50,081 nt of DNA from an uncultured Candidatus Saccharibacteria bacterium. GTDB lineage: Bacteria > Patescibacteriota > Minisyncoccia > Phycocordibacterales > UBA9973. The translations under genes and the position numbers were made by a program. Below the pieces are notes generated by a model that saw only the letters and a list, made by a program, of their open reading frames with translations, was not told where the DNA came from and did no database searches. Below are positions 39,065 through 49,574 of this stretch, piece by piece (within the stretch, counting starts at the first letter, position 1; each line of letters opens with the position of its first letter). The stretch is taken from positions 1 to 50,081 of the forward strand of contig CAZNZN010000004.1 of NCBI GenBank assembly GCA_964577515.1, given 5' to 3'.

Positions 39065-41524
39065 TTACAAGCACGTCACTGATGCGAGCGAGTCACCCGC
39101 ACGAAGCTTCATAATAGTTACCCCTTGTGTTTGGCGTCCTGAAGAAGGAATAGTGTTGAGATCTACACGAATCACTTGACCTTTCTTTGACATTGCCACG
39201 AGCTCCATATCATCCTGTACTATTTTCCCTACCATCAGCTTCCCTGTTTTTGCTGTTACTTTTGATGTTTTGATACCAGAACCTCCTCGTTTTTGTACTT
39301 TATATTCGTCAATCGTTGTCTTTTTCCCAATACCGTTTTCCCCCATAACAAGCATGTAGGTCTTTTCTTTAGTAGTCACCACATCGGCACAAATAAGCGT
39401 GTCCCCTTTACCAAGCTTGATAGCGCGTACCCCTCCTGCAGTTCGGCCCATCTCACGAATATCTTTTTCATCAAAACGAATAGATTGCCCAAGCGCTGTC
39501 GCAAGAATGACACTGCTTCCTTTTTGTACACGAAGCACTGCTTCAAGTGCATCGCCTTGGTCAAGACGAATCGCAATCAGGCCACTGCGACGAACGTCTT
39601 TGAAGCTTTCATAAGAAACCTTCTTTGCAACACCTTTCTTGGTCACCAACATGAGAGATGCTTTTTCTGCTTTTACTTGTTTTGGCACAGCAAGAATAGA
39701 CGTAACGCGCTCGTCTCCCGCAAGTGAAAGGAAGTTCATGATTGATTTCCCCTTCGTCGCACGGCGACCTTCAGGAAGTTCATACATTTTGATTTGATAT
39801 GCCTTGCCTTTATCAGTAAAGAAGAGCACGTCACTGTGTGTGTCAGCAGTGAGAAGGTGTGTGACAAAATCTTCTTCTTTTGTTTCAAGATCGATTACAC
39901 CGACACCACCTCGATGCTGTTTCTTGTATTCAGTAGGATCAGTACGCTTTACATACCCGCCCGAAGTAAAGACCAGCACAGAATCTTTTTCTGGAATGAG
40001 ATCTTCGTCAGATATCTGTTTAGTCCCACCTGCAATAATCTTTGTCTTTCGTTCGTCAGCATACTTTTCCTTGATATCGGTAAGCTCTTTTGCAATCACT
40101 GCAAAAATCTTCTTTGCGCTTTTGAGCAATGCTTCAAGTTCAGCGATAAGCGCTTGTTTTTCTTTGAGTTCTTCTTCAACTGCTTTTCGTTCGAGTCCAG
40201 CGAGTTTTTGCAAACGCATTTCCAAGATAGCAGTAGCCTGCAAATCAGAAAACTTAAACTCTTTCATCAAGTTTACTTTTGCCACCGCAGCGTCTTTTGA
40301 CCCACGAATAAGCGTGATAATACGATCAATGTGGTCAAGGGCTTTCTTAAGACCGAGGAGGATATGCTCTCGCTCTTTTGCTCGCGCAAGATCATACTCA
40401 GTACGTCGTCGAACAACAGTCTCTCGGTGACTGATAAATGCAGTGAGAATAGACTTGAGAGAGAGTGTTTCTGGAACACCATCCACGATTGCCACCATAT
40501 TGTAGTGAAATGTTTGTTCAAGTTGCGTATGTTTATAGAGATAGTTCAGTACTTTTTGTGGATTGATACCATTTTTAAGTCCGATTACTACACGCGTATC
40601 TTCAGCGGAAAGATCGTCGAGCGTTTTGATACCTTCTATTTTCTTTTCTTGGTGCAAAAGTGCTATTTGCTCTACAAGTGATGAGCGGATCACACGATAC
40701 GGGAGTGAGGTAATGACTATTTGATACTGACCATTTTTTTGTTCAACTATTTCTGCTTCTCCACGACACACGACACCACCACGCCCAGTAGAGAGTGCTT
40801 GCGCAATGTCTTTTTTGTTAAAGGCAATTCCGCCTGTTGGGAAATCAGGGCCTTTTACTATCTCAGCAAGATCTTCGTTTGTCGCATCATCGTTTTCGAT
40901 AAGATGTACACACGCATCAACTACTTCACCAAGGTTATGCGGTGCAATGTTACTTGCCATTCCGACAGCGATACCAAGTGTTCCGTTGAGCAAAAGATTT
41001 GGAACAACCGTTGGGAGTACTTCTGGCTCTTTACGAGTTGCATCGTAGTTCGGACGAAAATCAACAGTCTCTTTTTCAATATCGCGAAGTAGCTCTGAAG
41101 AAACTTTTGACATACGCGCCTCCGTATAACGCATTGCTGCAGCCCCATCACCATCAATAGAACCAAAGTTTCCCTGCCCTTGTACAAGTGGATACCGTGT
41201 AGAAAATTCTTGCGCAAGGTTTACCATTGCATCGTACACAGAGGTATCGCCATGTGGGTGGTACTTACCAAGCACGTCTCCAACAATGAAAGCGCTTTTA
41301 CGGAACTTCGCACTTGCAGTAAGACCGTTCTCATACATTGAGTACAGAATACGACGATGCACCGGCTTCAACCCGTCGCGCACATCAGGAAGTGCACGTG
41401 CAGTAATCACACTCATCGCATAGTCGAGATATGATCGTTGCATTTCTGAAACAATACTTACCGGCACAACACCTTCGTGTCGAGGAAGATGCTCTTCGTT
41501 TTGTGGTTCTGTCTTTTTGGCCAT
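39065..41524 (-). CDS. gyrA: DNA gyrase subunit A
   Basis: [22 protein letters not shown] (catalytic Tyr) and C-terminal beta-pinwheel repeats. 819 aa. Confidence 0.96.
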   Translation of the reverse strand: MAKKTEPQNEEHLPRHEGVVPVSIVSEMQRSYLDYAMSVITARALPDVRDGLKPVHRRILYSMYENGLTASAKFRKSAFIVGDVLGKYHPHGDTSVYDAMVNLAQEFSTRYPLVQGQGNFGSIDGDGAAAMRYTEARMSKVSSELLRDIEKETVDFRPNYDATRKEPEVLPTVVPNLLLNGTLGIAVGMASNIAPHNLGEVVDACVHLIENDDATNEDLAEIVKGPDFPTGGIAFNKKDIAQALSTGRGGVVCRGEAEIVEQKNGQYQIVITSLPYRVIRSSLVEQIALLHQEKKIEGIKTLDDLSAEDTRVVIGLKNGINPQKVLNYLYKHTQLEQTFHYNMVAIVDGVPETLSLKSILTAFISHRETVVRRRTEYDLARAKEREHILLGLKKALDHIDRIITLIRGSKDAAVAKVNLMKEFKFSDLQATAILEMRLQKLAGLERKAVEEELKEKQALIAELEALLKSAKKIFAVIAKELTDIKEKYADERKTKIIAGGTKQISDEDLIPEKDSVLVFTSGGYVKRTDPTEYKKQHRGGVGVIDLETKEEDFVTHLLTADTHSDVLFFTDKGKAYQIKMYELPEGRRATKGKSIMNFLSLAGDERVTSILAVPKQVKAEKASLMLVTKKGVAKKVSYESFKDVRRSGLIAIRLDQGDALEAVLRVQKGSSVILATALGQSIRFDEKDIREMGRTAGGVRAIKLGKGDTLICADVVTTKEKTYMLVMGENGIGKKTTIDEYKVQKRGGSGIKTSKVTAKTGKLMVGKIVQDDMELVAMSKKGQVIRVDLNTIPSSGRQTQGVTIMKLRAGDSLASVTCL

Positions 41525-41536
41525 GAAATATAAGGG

Positions 41537-41761
41537 TTATTGTCCGTTTAGTATAGCACGATTTTTATCAAAAAATGATTGCGTCTGTTCTAAAATCGTT
41601 GCATAAAAAGCTGAAAAACCTTGCAATGTATCGTTTTTTTGTGCAGGCTTTCTCTCTCCTGTATACAAAAAGAGTAAAACACCCAACAAAATAACCCCCG
41701 CACCGATGGTGATCCCAAGTGCAATCTTTTTTCGAACATACGCTGTGTGGTGTTCGAGCAT
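41537..41761 (-). CDS. Small single-TM protein
   Basis: 74-aa ORF with one hydrophobic segment (IALGITIGAGVILLGVLLFLY). It is packed between the MBL-like gene and gyrA on the same strand. Confidence 0.5.
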   Translation of the reverse strand: MLEHHTAYVRKKIALGITIGAGVILLGVLLFLYTGERKPAQKNDTLQGFSAFYATILEQTQSFFDKNRAILNGQ

Positions 41762-41773
41762 AAAAAATAGTAG

Positions 41774-42412
41774 TTACGCTTGTGGTGCGAGCGCGATGAT
41801 ATACCCCGCCTTACCGTCAAGGTCTTTTCTTTTAAGTGTCGCCTTATCAAGTACTTCGACTTTTTCTTGCCCCCCTTCTTTTAAGAAGCGCGCGAGTGAT
41901 GCATCGTCAGTTTCTAGTGGCACGATAACATTTGGCTCAAAGGACGTAGCTACTTTGTATGCATGTGCTGCATCAAAGACCTCTCCGCCACCTATCGGCA
42001 CAAATATCATATCGGCATTGGCGAGGAGTTCTTTTGCTTCTGGAGAGAACGTTGACTCTTCAGCGACAGCCCCTACAACACCTATCTTGATATTGTCGAG
42101 CTCAAATCCGTAGACAGTGTTAATGTATGTTTTGCCATCAATCACGACAGTACTTTTTGCACCAGTAATAAAACAATCGTGTACTTCGTAACTCCCCGGA
42201 CCATCAATAACAAATGGTTGCTTATCACCAAGAGTGACTGTTTCTGGATTTCCATAATCAGAATGTCGTACGCTCATAAGTGCTATATCCGCTCCGAAAC
42301 GAGGCGTTTTCCCCTTAAAAGCTTTTGCGTCCTTCGCAGGAGGATTAAGCGCAATCGTGAGGTCACCAAGAGTAAGTTTGCAATATTGTTTGCCGTAGTA
42401 TGTAATAACCAT
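41774..42412 (-). CDS. MBL-fold (Lactamase_B_3/UPF0173-like) protein with a degenerate metal motif
   Basis: ITYYGKQYCKLTLGDLTIALNP start and overall beta-lactamase-fold pattern. No clear HxHxDH motif. Confidence 0.5.
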   Translation of the reverse strand: MVITYYGKQYCKLTLGDLTIALNPPAKDAKAFKGKTPRFGADIALMSVRHSDYGNPETVTLGDKQPFVIDGPGSYEVHDCFITGAKSTVVIDGKTYINTVYGFELDNIKIGVVGAVAEESTFSPEAKELLANADMIFVPIGGGEVFDAAHAYKVATSFEPNVIVPLETDDASLARFLKEGGQEKVEVLDKATLKRKDLDGKAGYIIALAPQA

Positions 42413-42461
42413 ACACAAGATAATAGCAGAAAAGGCCTATCTATAAAAGGCGCTCAGAAAC

Positions 42462-42490
42462 TTGAAATACTACTCATTGTATGGTACTAT
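42462..42490 (+). promoter_or_regulatory. Promoter TTGAAA-17-TGgTACTAT upstream of the rpsA leader
   Basis: TTGAAA at 42462-42467 and TACTAT at 42485-42490 with an upstream TG. Confidence 0.65.
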
Positions 42491-42496
42491 CCCCTC

Positions 42497-42636
42497 ACTC
42501 TTGATAGAGAGTACTTAACAAATAACCTTTTGGAAATAACCCCTTTTTGTGAGCCTGAGCGCAGGGATAAAAAGGATATCCAAAAGGTGGCTCCGCTTCC
42601 AAGCGGACAACGCCACCTTTTGTGTGGCATTTTTTT
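42497..42636 (+). promoter_or_regulatory. Structured ~140-nt rpsA leader ending in an intrinsic-terminator-like hairpin (attenuator or separate sRNA)
   Basis: Nested helices are ACUCU/AGAGU, CCUUUUGGA/UCCAAAAGG enclosing CCUUUUU/AAAAAGG, and CCUG-AGCG-CAGG. These are followed by GGUGGC..UCCGCUU-cc-AAGCGGA..GCCACC and UUUUGUGUGGCAUUUUUUU directly before the ATG. Confidence 0.5.
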
Positions 42637-43737
42637 ATGAAAGAAGACACAACTATAAAACAAGATACTGAAAAAACACGACCCGCACTCGAAGAGATTG
42701 TCGAAGGTCCAGTCATCGGTATCGACAAAGCAGCCGTTTATGTTGACCTCACTCCTTATGGAACTGGGGTGATTTACGGACGAGAGTACATCGCTGTACG
42801 CGATCTCGTGAAGAAAACAAATATTGGTGACATGGTGAAAGCCAAGGTTGTCGATGTTGAAAACGAAGACGGCTACGTAGAACTTTCTTTGAAAGAAGCA
42901 AAGCAGGCACTCATCTGGAGCGAAGCCGAAGGAGCAATCAAAGACAAGACTATTTTTGACCTTACAATCAAAGATGCAAACAAAGGAGGACTTATCATCG
43001 ATTGGCAAGGAATCTCAGGATTCCTTCCTGCATCACAGCTCAAACCTGAACACTACCCTCGTGTTGAAGATTCTGACAAAGATAAAATCTTGAAAGAGCT
43101 CAAAAAGCTTATTGGCACCAAACTTGCAGTCATGCTTATCAGTGCAAATCCAAAAGATGGTAAGCTTATCTTTTCTGAAAAAGATGGCAACAACGAAGAA
43201 CGCCAAGAAGTGGTCAGCAAGTATGCCGTTGGCGATGAGCTCACCTGTGAGGTGACCGGTGTCGTAGACTTCGGCGTCTTCCTCAAGATTGAAGACGGTC
43301 TCGAAGGCCTCGTCCACATCAGTGAACTTGACTGGGGACTTGTTGAAGATCCACGCAGCATGTTCAAGCTCAAGGATAAAGTGCGTGCAAAGATTATTGA
43401 TATCAAAGATGGAAAAATCTCACTCTCTATCAAAGCACTCAAAGAAAATCCTTGGAAAAGCGTAGAGGGCTCACTCAAAAAAGGTGATGTCGTCAAAGGT
43501 GTTGTCCTTAAATACAACAAACACGGTGCTCTCGTTTCAATCCGCGAAGGTGTTGCAGGACTCGTCCACAACTCAACCTTCGGAGGAGAAGATAAGCTCA
43601 AAGCTGAACTCTCTCTCGGAAAAACATATCCATTTACTGTGACACTCTTTGAACCAAAAGAGCAGCGCATGACCCTCGTCTTCGGTGAACACAAACTCGA
43701 AGATCTTCCAAAAGAAGAGAAAGGAAAGAAAGAGTAA
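42637..43737 (+). CDS. rpsA: 30S ribosomal protein S1 (four S1 domains)
   Basis: Repeated S1 motifs, for example GDELTCEVTGVVDFGVFLKIEDGLEGLVHISEL and KGDVVKGVVLKYNKHGALVSI. The start is set to ATG 42637 rather than GTG 42622, which lies inside the terminator tail. Confidence 0.88.
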   Translation: MKEDTTIKQDTEKTRPALEEIVEGPVIGIDKAAVYVDLTPYGTGVIYGREYIAVRDLVKKTNIGDMVKAKVVDVENEDGYVELSLKEAKQALIWSEAEGAIKDKTIFDLTIKDANKGGLIIDWQGISGFLPASQLKPEHYPRVEDSDKDKILKELKKLIGTKLAVMLISANPKDGKLIFSEKDGNNEERQEVVSKYAVGDELTCEVTGVVDFGVFLKIEDGLEGLVHISELDWGLVEDPRSMFKLKDKVRAKIIDIKDGKISLSIKALKENPWKSVEGSLKKGDVVKGVVLKYNKHGALVSIREGVAGLVHNSTFGGEDKLKAELSLGKTYPFTVTLFEPKEQRMTLVFGEHKLEDLPKEEKGKKE

Positions 43738-43749
43738 TTATTCTTTTAT

Positions 43750-43777
43750 AAAAAAACCGCTATACAGCGGTTTTTTT
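43750..43777. terminator. Bidirectional intrinsic terminator (rpsA / pth)
   Basis: A-run, CCGCT-atac-AGCGG, T-run. Confidence 0.8.
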
Positions 43778-44339
43778 AGTTATACATGTTCATGATGTCT
43801 TGGAACAAAACACCACGAGAAAGTTTCTCAATTACTTCGCATGCTTGCTTGACTCCTTGCTCATGAAGCTCTTTTTCAAACGGAGCAAACGGTTTTAAGA
43901 GAAAGTTTTGAAAGCCATCTGGAGGAAGGATATGGCTCTTGAGCTCATCATGTACCGGACGTACTCCAACACGGATACGAAAAAAATCTTTGGTACCGAG
44001 ATGATCAATAATGCTCTGTACACCATTGTGCCCTCCTGCTCCACGACCAAACGAACACTTCACCTGACCAAGCGGGATATCAATATCATCGTACACAACT
44101 ACCGGAAGCTCTTTGTATTGCTGGAAGAGTTTCTTTGCGCAAAGCCCTGAATCATTCATCCAGGTGGTTGGTTTCGCAAAAAAAAGTGCTCCTTGTACTG
44201 CAACAAGTGCTTCAAAGACTGCTTTCTCTGAAAAAGAACTCTCACTATCCTCCACATATGCGTCAAGCACTTGAAACCCGATGTTGTGGCGATCAAGCGC
44301 GTGTTTTTCTGTAGGATTTCCGAGCCCGATAATAATCAT
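43776..44339 (-). CDS. pth: Peptidyl-tRNA hydrolase
   Basis: MIIIGLGNPTEKHALDRHNIGF, with the start set at this Met. The 22 upstream codons overlap the promoter region. Confidence 0.9.
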   Translation of the reverse strand: MIIIGLGNPTEKHALDRHNIGFQVLDAYVEDSESSFSEKAVFEALVAVQGALFFAKPTTWMNDSGLCAKKLFQQYKELPVVVYDDIDIPLGQVKCSFGRGAGGHNGVQSIIDHLGTKDFFRIRVGVRPVHDELKSHILPPDGFQNFLLKPFAPFEKELHEQGVKQACEVIEKLSRGVLFQDIMNMYN

Positions 44340-44412
44340 ATACTTCTTATACTGTACCAAAAATTGCCGTTTGTCGCCTCCCCTTTTTTCGTCTATACTG
44401 TGCACAATTCAT

Positions 44413-45000
44413 ATGGAACAACAGAACACAGTACCAGGAACCCCTGACACCCCTTCTCGATGGAAGAGATTACTAGAAAATGTTGCATATATCGGTGCAG
44501 CTATTATCCTTGCAGTGTTTGTCCAGCATTTTCTTATCCGTCCGTTTATCGTCAACGGAGCTTCTATGGACCCTACGCTCACTACTGGTGACTATCTACT
44601 CATCGATCGCTTGAGTTACCGGCTACGTGCACCAGAGCGCGGTGACGTCATCGTCTTTAAGTCACCGCCAGAACCCGACAAATATTTTGTTAAACGTATT
44701 ATCGGACTTCCTGGAGAAACAGTGGTTATCAAAAAAGGTATCGTATCAATCATCAACACAGCTCATCCTGATGGACTTATTTTAGATGAACCTTTTATTA
44801 CCCATAAAAAAAATGATGACACGATGACGTTCACTGTTCCTGCCAACAACTATTTTGTTATGGGAGACAACCGCGCAGGAAGTTATGACTCACGCATGTG
44901 GGGCATGCTCCCAGAAAAAAATATTGGTGGAAGAGCGCTCGTTCGCCTTCTCCCTCTTACAGAGATTGACTATCTCCCTGGTAAGGTAGAATACAAATAG
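44413..45000 (+). CDS. lepB: Signal peptidase I
   Basis: A TM anchor followed by NGASMDPTL (catalytic Ser), VKRIIGLPGE (Lys box) and GDNRAGSYDSR. The start is set to MEQQNTV. Confidence 0.9.
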   Translation: MEQQNTVPGTPDTPSRWKRLLENVAYIGAAIILAVFVQHFLIRPFIVNGASMDPTLTTGDYLLIDRLSYRLRAPERGDVIVFKSPPEPDKYFVKRIIGLPGETVVIKKGIVSIINTAHPDGLILDEPFITHKKNDDTMTFTVPANNYFVMGDNRAGSYDSRMWGMLPEKNIGGRALVRLLPLTEIDYLPGKVEYK

Positions 45001-45012
45001 TAAAGAGTATAT

Positions 45013-46311
45013 ATGACAAAACAACCAGAAAAAAAGAAGACACAGCAAGAACTTACAAGTCCGAAAGGAATGCGTGACATTATCGGCGAAAGCTACTACC
45101 GATTTCAAGGATTGTTTGAAAAAGCACAGGAAGTCGCTGTGTATTATGGATTTACCCCAATCGAAACTCCTGTACTTGAGCACGAAGAAACCTTTACTTC
45201 AGCAGTAGGAGTCGGTACTGATATCGTCGACAAAGAAATGTACACACTCAAAACAAAAGGCGGCGATCATCTTGCAATGCGTCCTGAACATACTGCGGGA
45301 CTTATGCGTGCGTACATACAAAACGGCATGCAATCCCTTCCTCAACCAGTCATGCTCTACCACTCAGGGCCAGTATTCCGTCACGACAACCCGCAAAAAG
45401 GGCGATACCGCCAATTCTATCAGTTTGACGTGGATGCAATTGGAAATGAAAAAAGTGTCGTTGATGCACTCGTGATTCGCACTATTTATACAATCCTTGA
45501 AGAAGCAGGAGCAAAAGACCTCGTCGTGACTATCAACTCTATTGGGGATAAAGAGTCTCGCCCAGCCTATATTCGAGAGTTAAGTAACTACTATAAAAAA
45601 CATCTCAAAGATCTCTCTCCTATCGACCAAGAACGCCTCAAAACAAACCCTCTTCGTATCCTTGATTCAAAAGATCCAAAAACCAAAGAGATCAACATGG
45701 GAGCACCAGATGCTATCAGCTTCCTTTCTGCATCAGGAAAAAAACATTTTAAAGAAGTACTTGAATATCTTGATGAGATGGGTATCCCTTATCAAATAGA
45801 CAAGACGCTTGTCCGAGGACTTTCATACTATACGCACACAGTGTTTGAAATCATCGAAACAACAGAAGACGGCGGACAGATGACTATCGCAGGTGGTGGC
45901 CGCTATGACTACCTTGGAAAAGCGCTTGGTGCAAAAAAAGATATCCCTGCTATGGGAGGATCTATCGGTATGGACCGCATTGTAGAGCGACCTTGGTGCA
46001 AAAACCTAGCGCCCCGTATCATGAAAAAACCAAAAGTATACTTCATTCAAGTAGGGTTTGAGGCAAAACTCAAAAGCTTGAACATTATTGAAATACTCCG
46101 AAGAGCGCATATCCCTATGATACAGTCTCTATCGAAAGATTCGCTCTCTGCACAACTCGCTGTTGCTGAAAAATCAGGAGCACCATATGCAATCCTGTTT
46201 GGACAAAAAGAAGCGATGGAAAAAAGTGTCATCGTTCGCAACATGGAAACCCGTTCACAAGAAACAGTGAAAATAGATGTGCTCCCTGAGTACCTCAAAC
46301 ACTTAAAATAA
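45013..46311 (+). CDS. hisS: Histidyl-tRNA synthetase
   Basis: PKGMRD, RPEHTAGLMRAY, FYQFDVDAIG and GGGRYD motifs. Confidence 0.94.
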   Translation: MTKQPEKKKTQQELTSPKGMRDIIGESYYRFQGLFEKAQEVAVYYGFTPIETPVLEHEETFTSAVGVGTDIVDKEMYTLKTKGGDHLAMRPEHTAGLMRAYIQNGMQSLPQPVMLYHSGPVFRHDNPQKGRYRQFYQFDVDAIGNEKSVVDALVIRTIYTILEEAGAKDLVVTINSIGDKESRPAYIRELSNYYKKHLKDLSPIDQERLKTNPLRILDSKDPKTKEINMGAPDAISFLSASGKKHFKEVLEYLDEMGIPYQIDKTLVRGLSYYTHTVFEIIETTEDGGQMTIAGGGRYDYLGKALGAKKDIPAMGGSIGMDRIVERPWCKNLAPRIMKKPKVYFIQVGFEAKLKSLNIIEILRRAHIPMIQSLSKDSLSAQLAVAEKSGAPYAILFGQKEAMEKSVIVRNMETRSQETVKIDVLPEYLKHLK

Positions 46312-46317
46312 ATCATT

Positions 46318-46809
46318 ATGATTATTCAAGAGCCACATGCCACACTTCGTACTATCGCAAAAGAAGTGCCGCAAAATGCTATCACAACACCAGAGATACA
46401 AAAGGTACTCTCTCAAATGAAGAAAGCGCTTCGCGAACAAGACGATGGTGTAGCTATCGCTGCACCACAAATCGACGTTCCGTTGCGGATTTTTGTAGTA
46501 TCAACAAAAGTACTCCCAAAAGAAGGGGCTGATCTTGCTTTCATAAACCCCACCTTTGTCCGCTTTGGAAAGAAAAAGGAGCTCATGTCAGAAGGATGCC
46601 TTAGCGTTAGATGGAAATATGGTATGGTAAAGCGCGCAACTACTGTGACTGTCAAAGCATACAACGAACAAGGGAACGAGTTTGTAATGAGCGCAAAAGG
46701 ATTACTTGCCCAAATCTTCCAACACGAAATAGACCACCTCAACGGAATACTCTTTATTGACAGTGCAACAAACATTGAAGATATCCCACCAGAACACGGT
46801 GTACACTAG
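46318..46809 (+). CDS. def: Peptide deformylase
   Basis: GVAIAAPQI, EGCLSV and QHEIDHLNG motifs. Confidence 0.94.
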   Translation: MIIQEPHATLRTIAKEVPQNAITTPEIQKVLSQMKKALREQDDGVAIAAPQIDVPLRIFVVSTKVLPKEGADLAFINPTFVRFGKKKELMSEGCLSVRWKYGMVKRATTVTVKAYNEQGNEFVMSAKGLLAQIFQHEIDHLNGILFIDSATNIEDIPPEHGVH

Positions 46810-46815
46810 TACTAT

Positions 46816-47673
46816 ATGAAGCACTATCGTTTCGTTTTTTTTGGAACCCCTGAAATTGCAGTGACTGCACTCAAAGGACTTGCAGGCGAAGGGCTCATTC
46901 CTTCGCTCATAGTGACAGCACCCGATAGACCAGCTGGGAGAGGTATGCGGTTGACCCCAAGCGCCGTAAAACTATATGCGCAAGAACACTCACTCCCCTG
47001 CATCACTCCTGAAAAAATAACAACAGAAACTACCACTGCTATCAATGATGCGGGGCCATGGGACTTTTTTGTGGTTGTTGCGTATGGGAAAATACTACGT
47101 CAACCACTCCTCGACATCGTAAAGGGGAAAGTAATAAACATACACCCGTCACTGCTCCCACACTATCGTGGACCGTCCCCTATCGAATCAGTCCTTCTCA
47201 GCGATGACCAAATCACTGGAGTAACTGTTATGGAGATTGATGCTGAGGTAGACCATGGACCTATCATTGCCCAAGAATCCTTTCCCCTTGCGCTGACAGA
47301 CACAGCTCCAGTGATTGAAACAAAAAGCGCACTGATTGGCGCACAGTTGATAGCTGAACACATCGAATCATATCTCAACACTACACAACTTCCTACGCCA
47401 CAAGAACACACACAAGCAACGTTTACTAAAAAAATACAAAAGGGTGACGGCCTTCTGGACGACACATTGAGTGACTGGGAAAAATGGAAGAGGTATCGTG
47501 CATACACACCATGGCCAGGAGTACGTATTGTCGTACAAAAAAACAATATTCCTATAACGGTGAAGATAAATACCGCACACTATAGTGATGAGCAGTTTAT
47601 TATCGATACATGTACACCTGAAAACGGAAAACCACTGTCCAAACAGCAGTTCGAACAGTGGCTTCTTCAGTAA
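46816..47673 (+). CDS. fmt: Methionyl-tRNA formyltransferase
   Basis: FFGTPEIAV, VTAPDRPAGRG and HPSLLPHYRGPSPI motifs. Follows def. Confidence 0.9.
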   Translation: MKHYRFVFFGTPEIAVTALKGLAGEGLIPSLIVTAPDRPAGRGMRLTPSAVKLYAQEHSLPCITPEKITTETTTAINDAGPWDFFVVVAYGKILRQPLLDIVKGKVINIHPSLLPHYRGPSPIESVLLSDDQITGVTVMEIDAEVDHGPIIAQESFPLALTDTAPVIETKSALIGAQLIAEHIESYLNTTQLPTPQEHTQATFTKKIQKGDGLLDDTLSDWEKWKRYRAYTPWPGVRIVVQKNNIPITVKINTAHYSDEQFIIDTCTPENGKPLSKQQFEQWLLQ

Positions 47674-47680
47674 GAGTAGC

Positions 47681-48037
47681 TTATTTACTTCCTCGGAGAA
47701 TACTTTTTATCTTTCTTGCACCACGCTTCCAAAGCGCTTCTTTTTTTCCTTTTGCTGAAGTCAGTGCGCGTACTATTTCATCACGAACATCATCAATAGC
47801 TTCATAGAGATCTGATTTTTCTGAAGCCGCATAGTGCTGCTTACCAAGTACAGTGGTCACCGTCACTTCTGCACGAAACACGTCGCCATTTTTATGGTGA
47901 TCAGTAGTCTTCCCTATTTCAGCAACAATATTCATATCTCCACCACTATACTTCGAAAGTGCATTGAGACGCTTTTCAGTATAGTCCTTGAGTGCAGGGG
48001 TAAGTTCTATGTTTGATGCTTTGATTGAAATATTCAT
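47681..48037 (-). CDS. hpf: Ribosome hibernation promoting factor (HPF/RaiA family, short form)
   Basis: MNISIKASNIELTPALKDYTEKRL start and FRAEVTV. 118 aa. Confidence 0.85.
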   Translation of the reverse strand: MNISIKASNIELTPALKDYTEKRLNALSKYSGGDMNIVAEIGKTTDHHKNGDVFRAEVTVTTVLGKQHYAASEKSDLYEAIDDVRDEIVRALTSAKGKKEALWKRGARKIKSILRGSK

Positions 48038-48065
48038 ACTCCTTTAGTATACCATTTTGACCTCT

Positions 48066-49469
48066 CTATAGGGTGAGAATCATCATCACGTTGGTTGTCC
48101 CCGGGGTACCAAACGGTATTCCTGCGGTAGCGACAATACGGTTACCTTTTTGTGCCAGCCCTAACGCATGAAGCTTTGCACCAATAGTATTTACAAATTG
48201 GGTACTTCCAGAAAATGGCTTTATAACATATGGATATGCTCCAAAAATAAGCTGTGCCTTACGGGCGGTTTTTTCATGAGGTGTCAAAACAATGATTGGT
48301 TGTTGCGGCTTGAATCGTGCAATCATACGAGGAGTAGACCCTGTCTCAGTAAGAGCAACGATGAGTCGCGCATGTATATCTTCTGCATTGTGCACCACTG
48401 AAGCGCTCACAGAATCTACAATATCGTTGTGATGCACCTTCATACGCTTGTGTGTACCGATCTGCTTTTCTGTTTCTACTGCAATATGCGCCATCATCGT
48501 CACTGCTTCTTTTGGAAACTGCCCAAGCGCTGATTCTTCTGAAAGCATCACGGCGTCTGCCCCATCAAAAATAGCATTTGCGACATCAGAAACCTCAGCA
48601 CGTGTTGGAACCGGAGAGCTGATCATAGACTCAAGCATCTGAGTAGCAACGATCACCGGCTTCCCTACTTCGTTACATTTCTTAATAATCATCTTTTGTA
48701 CTGCAGGAACTTTTTCTGGGCCAATCTCTACTGCAAGATCTCCGCGAGCAACCATAATACCATCAGTTACCGCAATGATTGACTCAATATGCTCCACCGC
48801 TTCTTGTGTTTCGATTTTTGCAATGATTGCTTGGTCACCCTTTTGCTTTTTGATAAGCGTACGAAGGTCTTCAATATCTTTTGCGGTGCGGACAAAAGAG
48901 AGCGCTATAAAGTCCACTCCTTGAGCAATACCAAATGACAAATCTTTTTTATCTTTTTCAGTAAGTGCAGGGATAGAAAGATACGCCCCAGGGATATTGA
49001 CCCCACGACGACCTTTTGTTGTACCTCCGATAATAACTTTAGTATGGATTTCTGTTCCTATTACCTTTTCAACAACAAGCTTCTTCTTCCCGTCATCCAC
49101 CATAAGCACCATCCCTGCTTTTATATCTTTTTCGATATGTGGATAGTTGAAATACACTTTTGTTGCGTCGCCAATACAGGTCTTATCACCAGTGAGGATA
49201 ATTTTCTTTCCAGCAACAAGTTCTACTGTAGGAGTACTAAAATCCCCAATACGAATCTTTGGACCAGAGAGGTCTTGCAAGATAGCAATTTGCTGTTTTT
49301 CTTTTTTAGCAATTGCACGAATGAGTTTGATACGTTTTTCATGGTCAGTTTGCTCGCCATGGCTCATGTTGGTACGACACACATTTACCCCTGCCTTGAA
49401 CAGCGCAGTAAGCATATCTTTTGTATCTGACTTCGGACCTATCGTTGCAACAATTTTTGTTTTTTTCAT
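48066..49469 (-). CDS. pyk: Pyruvate kinase
   Basis: MKKTKIVATIGP, NMSHG, MVARGDLAVEIG and ATQMLESM motifs. 467 aa. Confidence 0.95.
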   Translation of the reverse strand: MKKTKIVATIGPKSDTKDMLTALFKAGVNVCRTNMSHGEQTDHEKRIKLIRAIAKKEKQQIAILQDLSGPKIRIGDFSTPTVELVAGKKIILTGDKTCIGDATKVYFNYPHIEKDIKAGMVLMVDDGKKKLVVEKVIGTEIHTKVIIGGTTKGRRGVNIPGAYLSIPALTEKDKKDLSFGIAQGVDFIALSFVRTAKDIEDLRTLIKKQKGDQAIIAKIETQEAVEHIESIIAVTDGIMVARGDLAVEIGPEKVPAVQKMIIKKCNEVGKPVIVATQMLESMISSPVPTRAEVSDVANAIFDGADAVMLSEESALGQFPKEAVTMMAHIAVETEKQIGTHKRMKVHHNDIVDSVSASVVHNAEDIHARLIVALTETGSTPRMIARFKPQQPIIVLTPHEKTARKAQLIFGAYPYVIKPFSGSTQFVNTIGAKLHALGLAQKGNRIVATAGIPFGTPGTTNVMMILTL

Positions 49470-49539
49470 TACTATTCTCTCTCAAAAGGATGGATTTACT
49501 TGCTAAAAATGATGGGGCGCAAAGGAGGTATCCCAGCGC

Positions 49540-49568
49540 TTGTCATCCCCTAAAAGCCGTTATAGTAT
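49540..49568 (+). promoter_or_regulatory. Promoter TTGTCA-17-TAGTAT positioned 6 nt before the ATG (leaderless geometry)
   Basis: TTGTCA at 49540-49545, TAGTAT at 49563-49568 and the ATG at 49575. Confidence 0.55.
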
Positions 49569-49574
49569 AGCGCT

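Noticed and set aside
42586-42625. Hairpin considered as an SRP (4.5S) RNA domain IV on the minus strand (GGAAGCGGAGCC resembles GGAAGCAGCC)
   Set aside because: The apical loop is UGGA/UCCA rather than a GNRA tetraloop. The symmetric and asymmetric internal loops are absent. The helix is better explained as the terminator of the rpsA leader.
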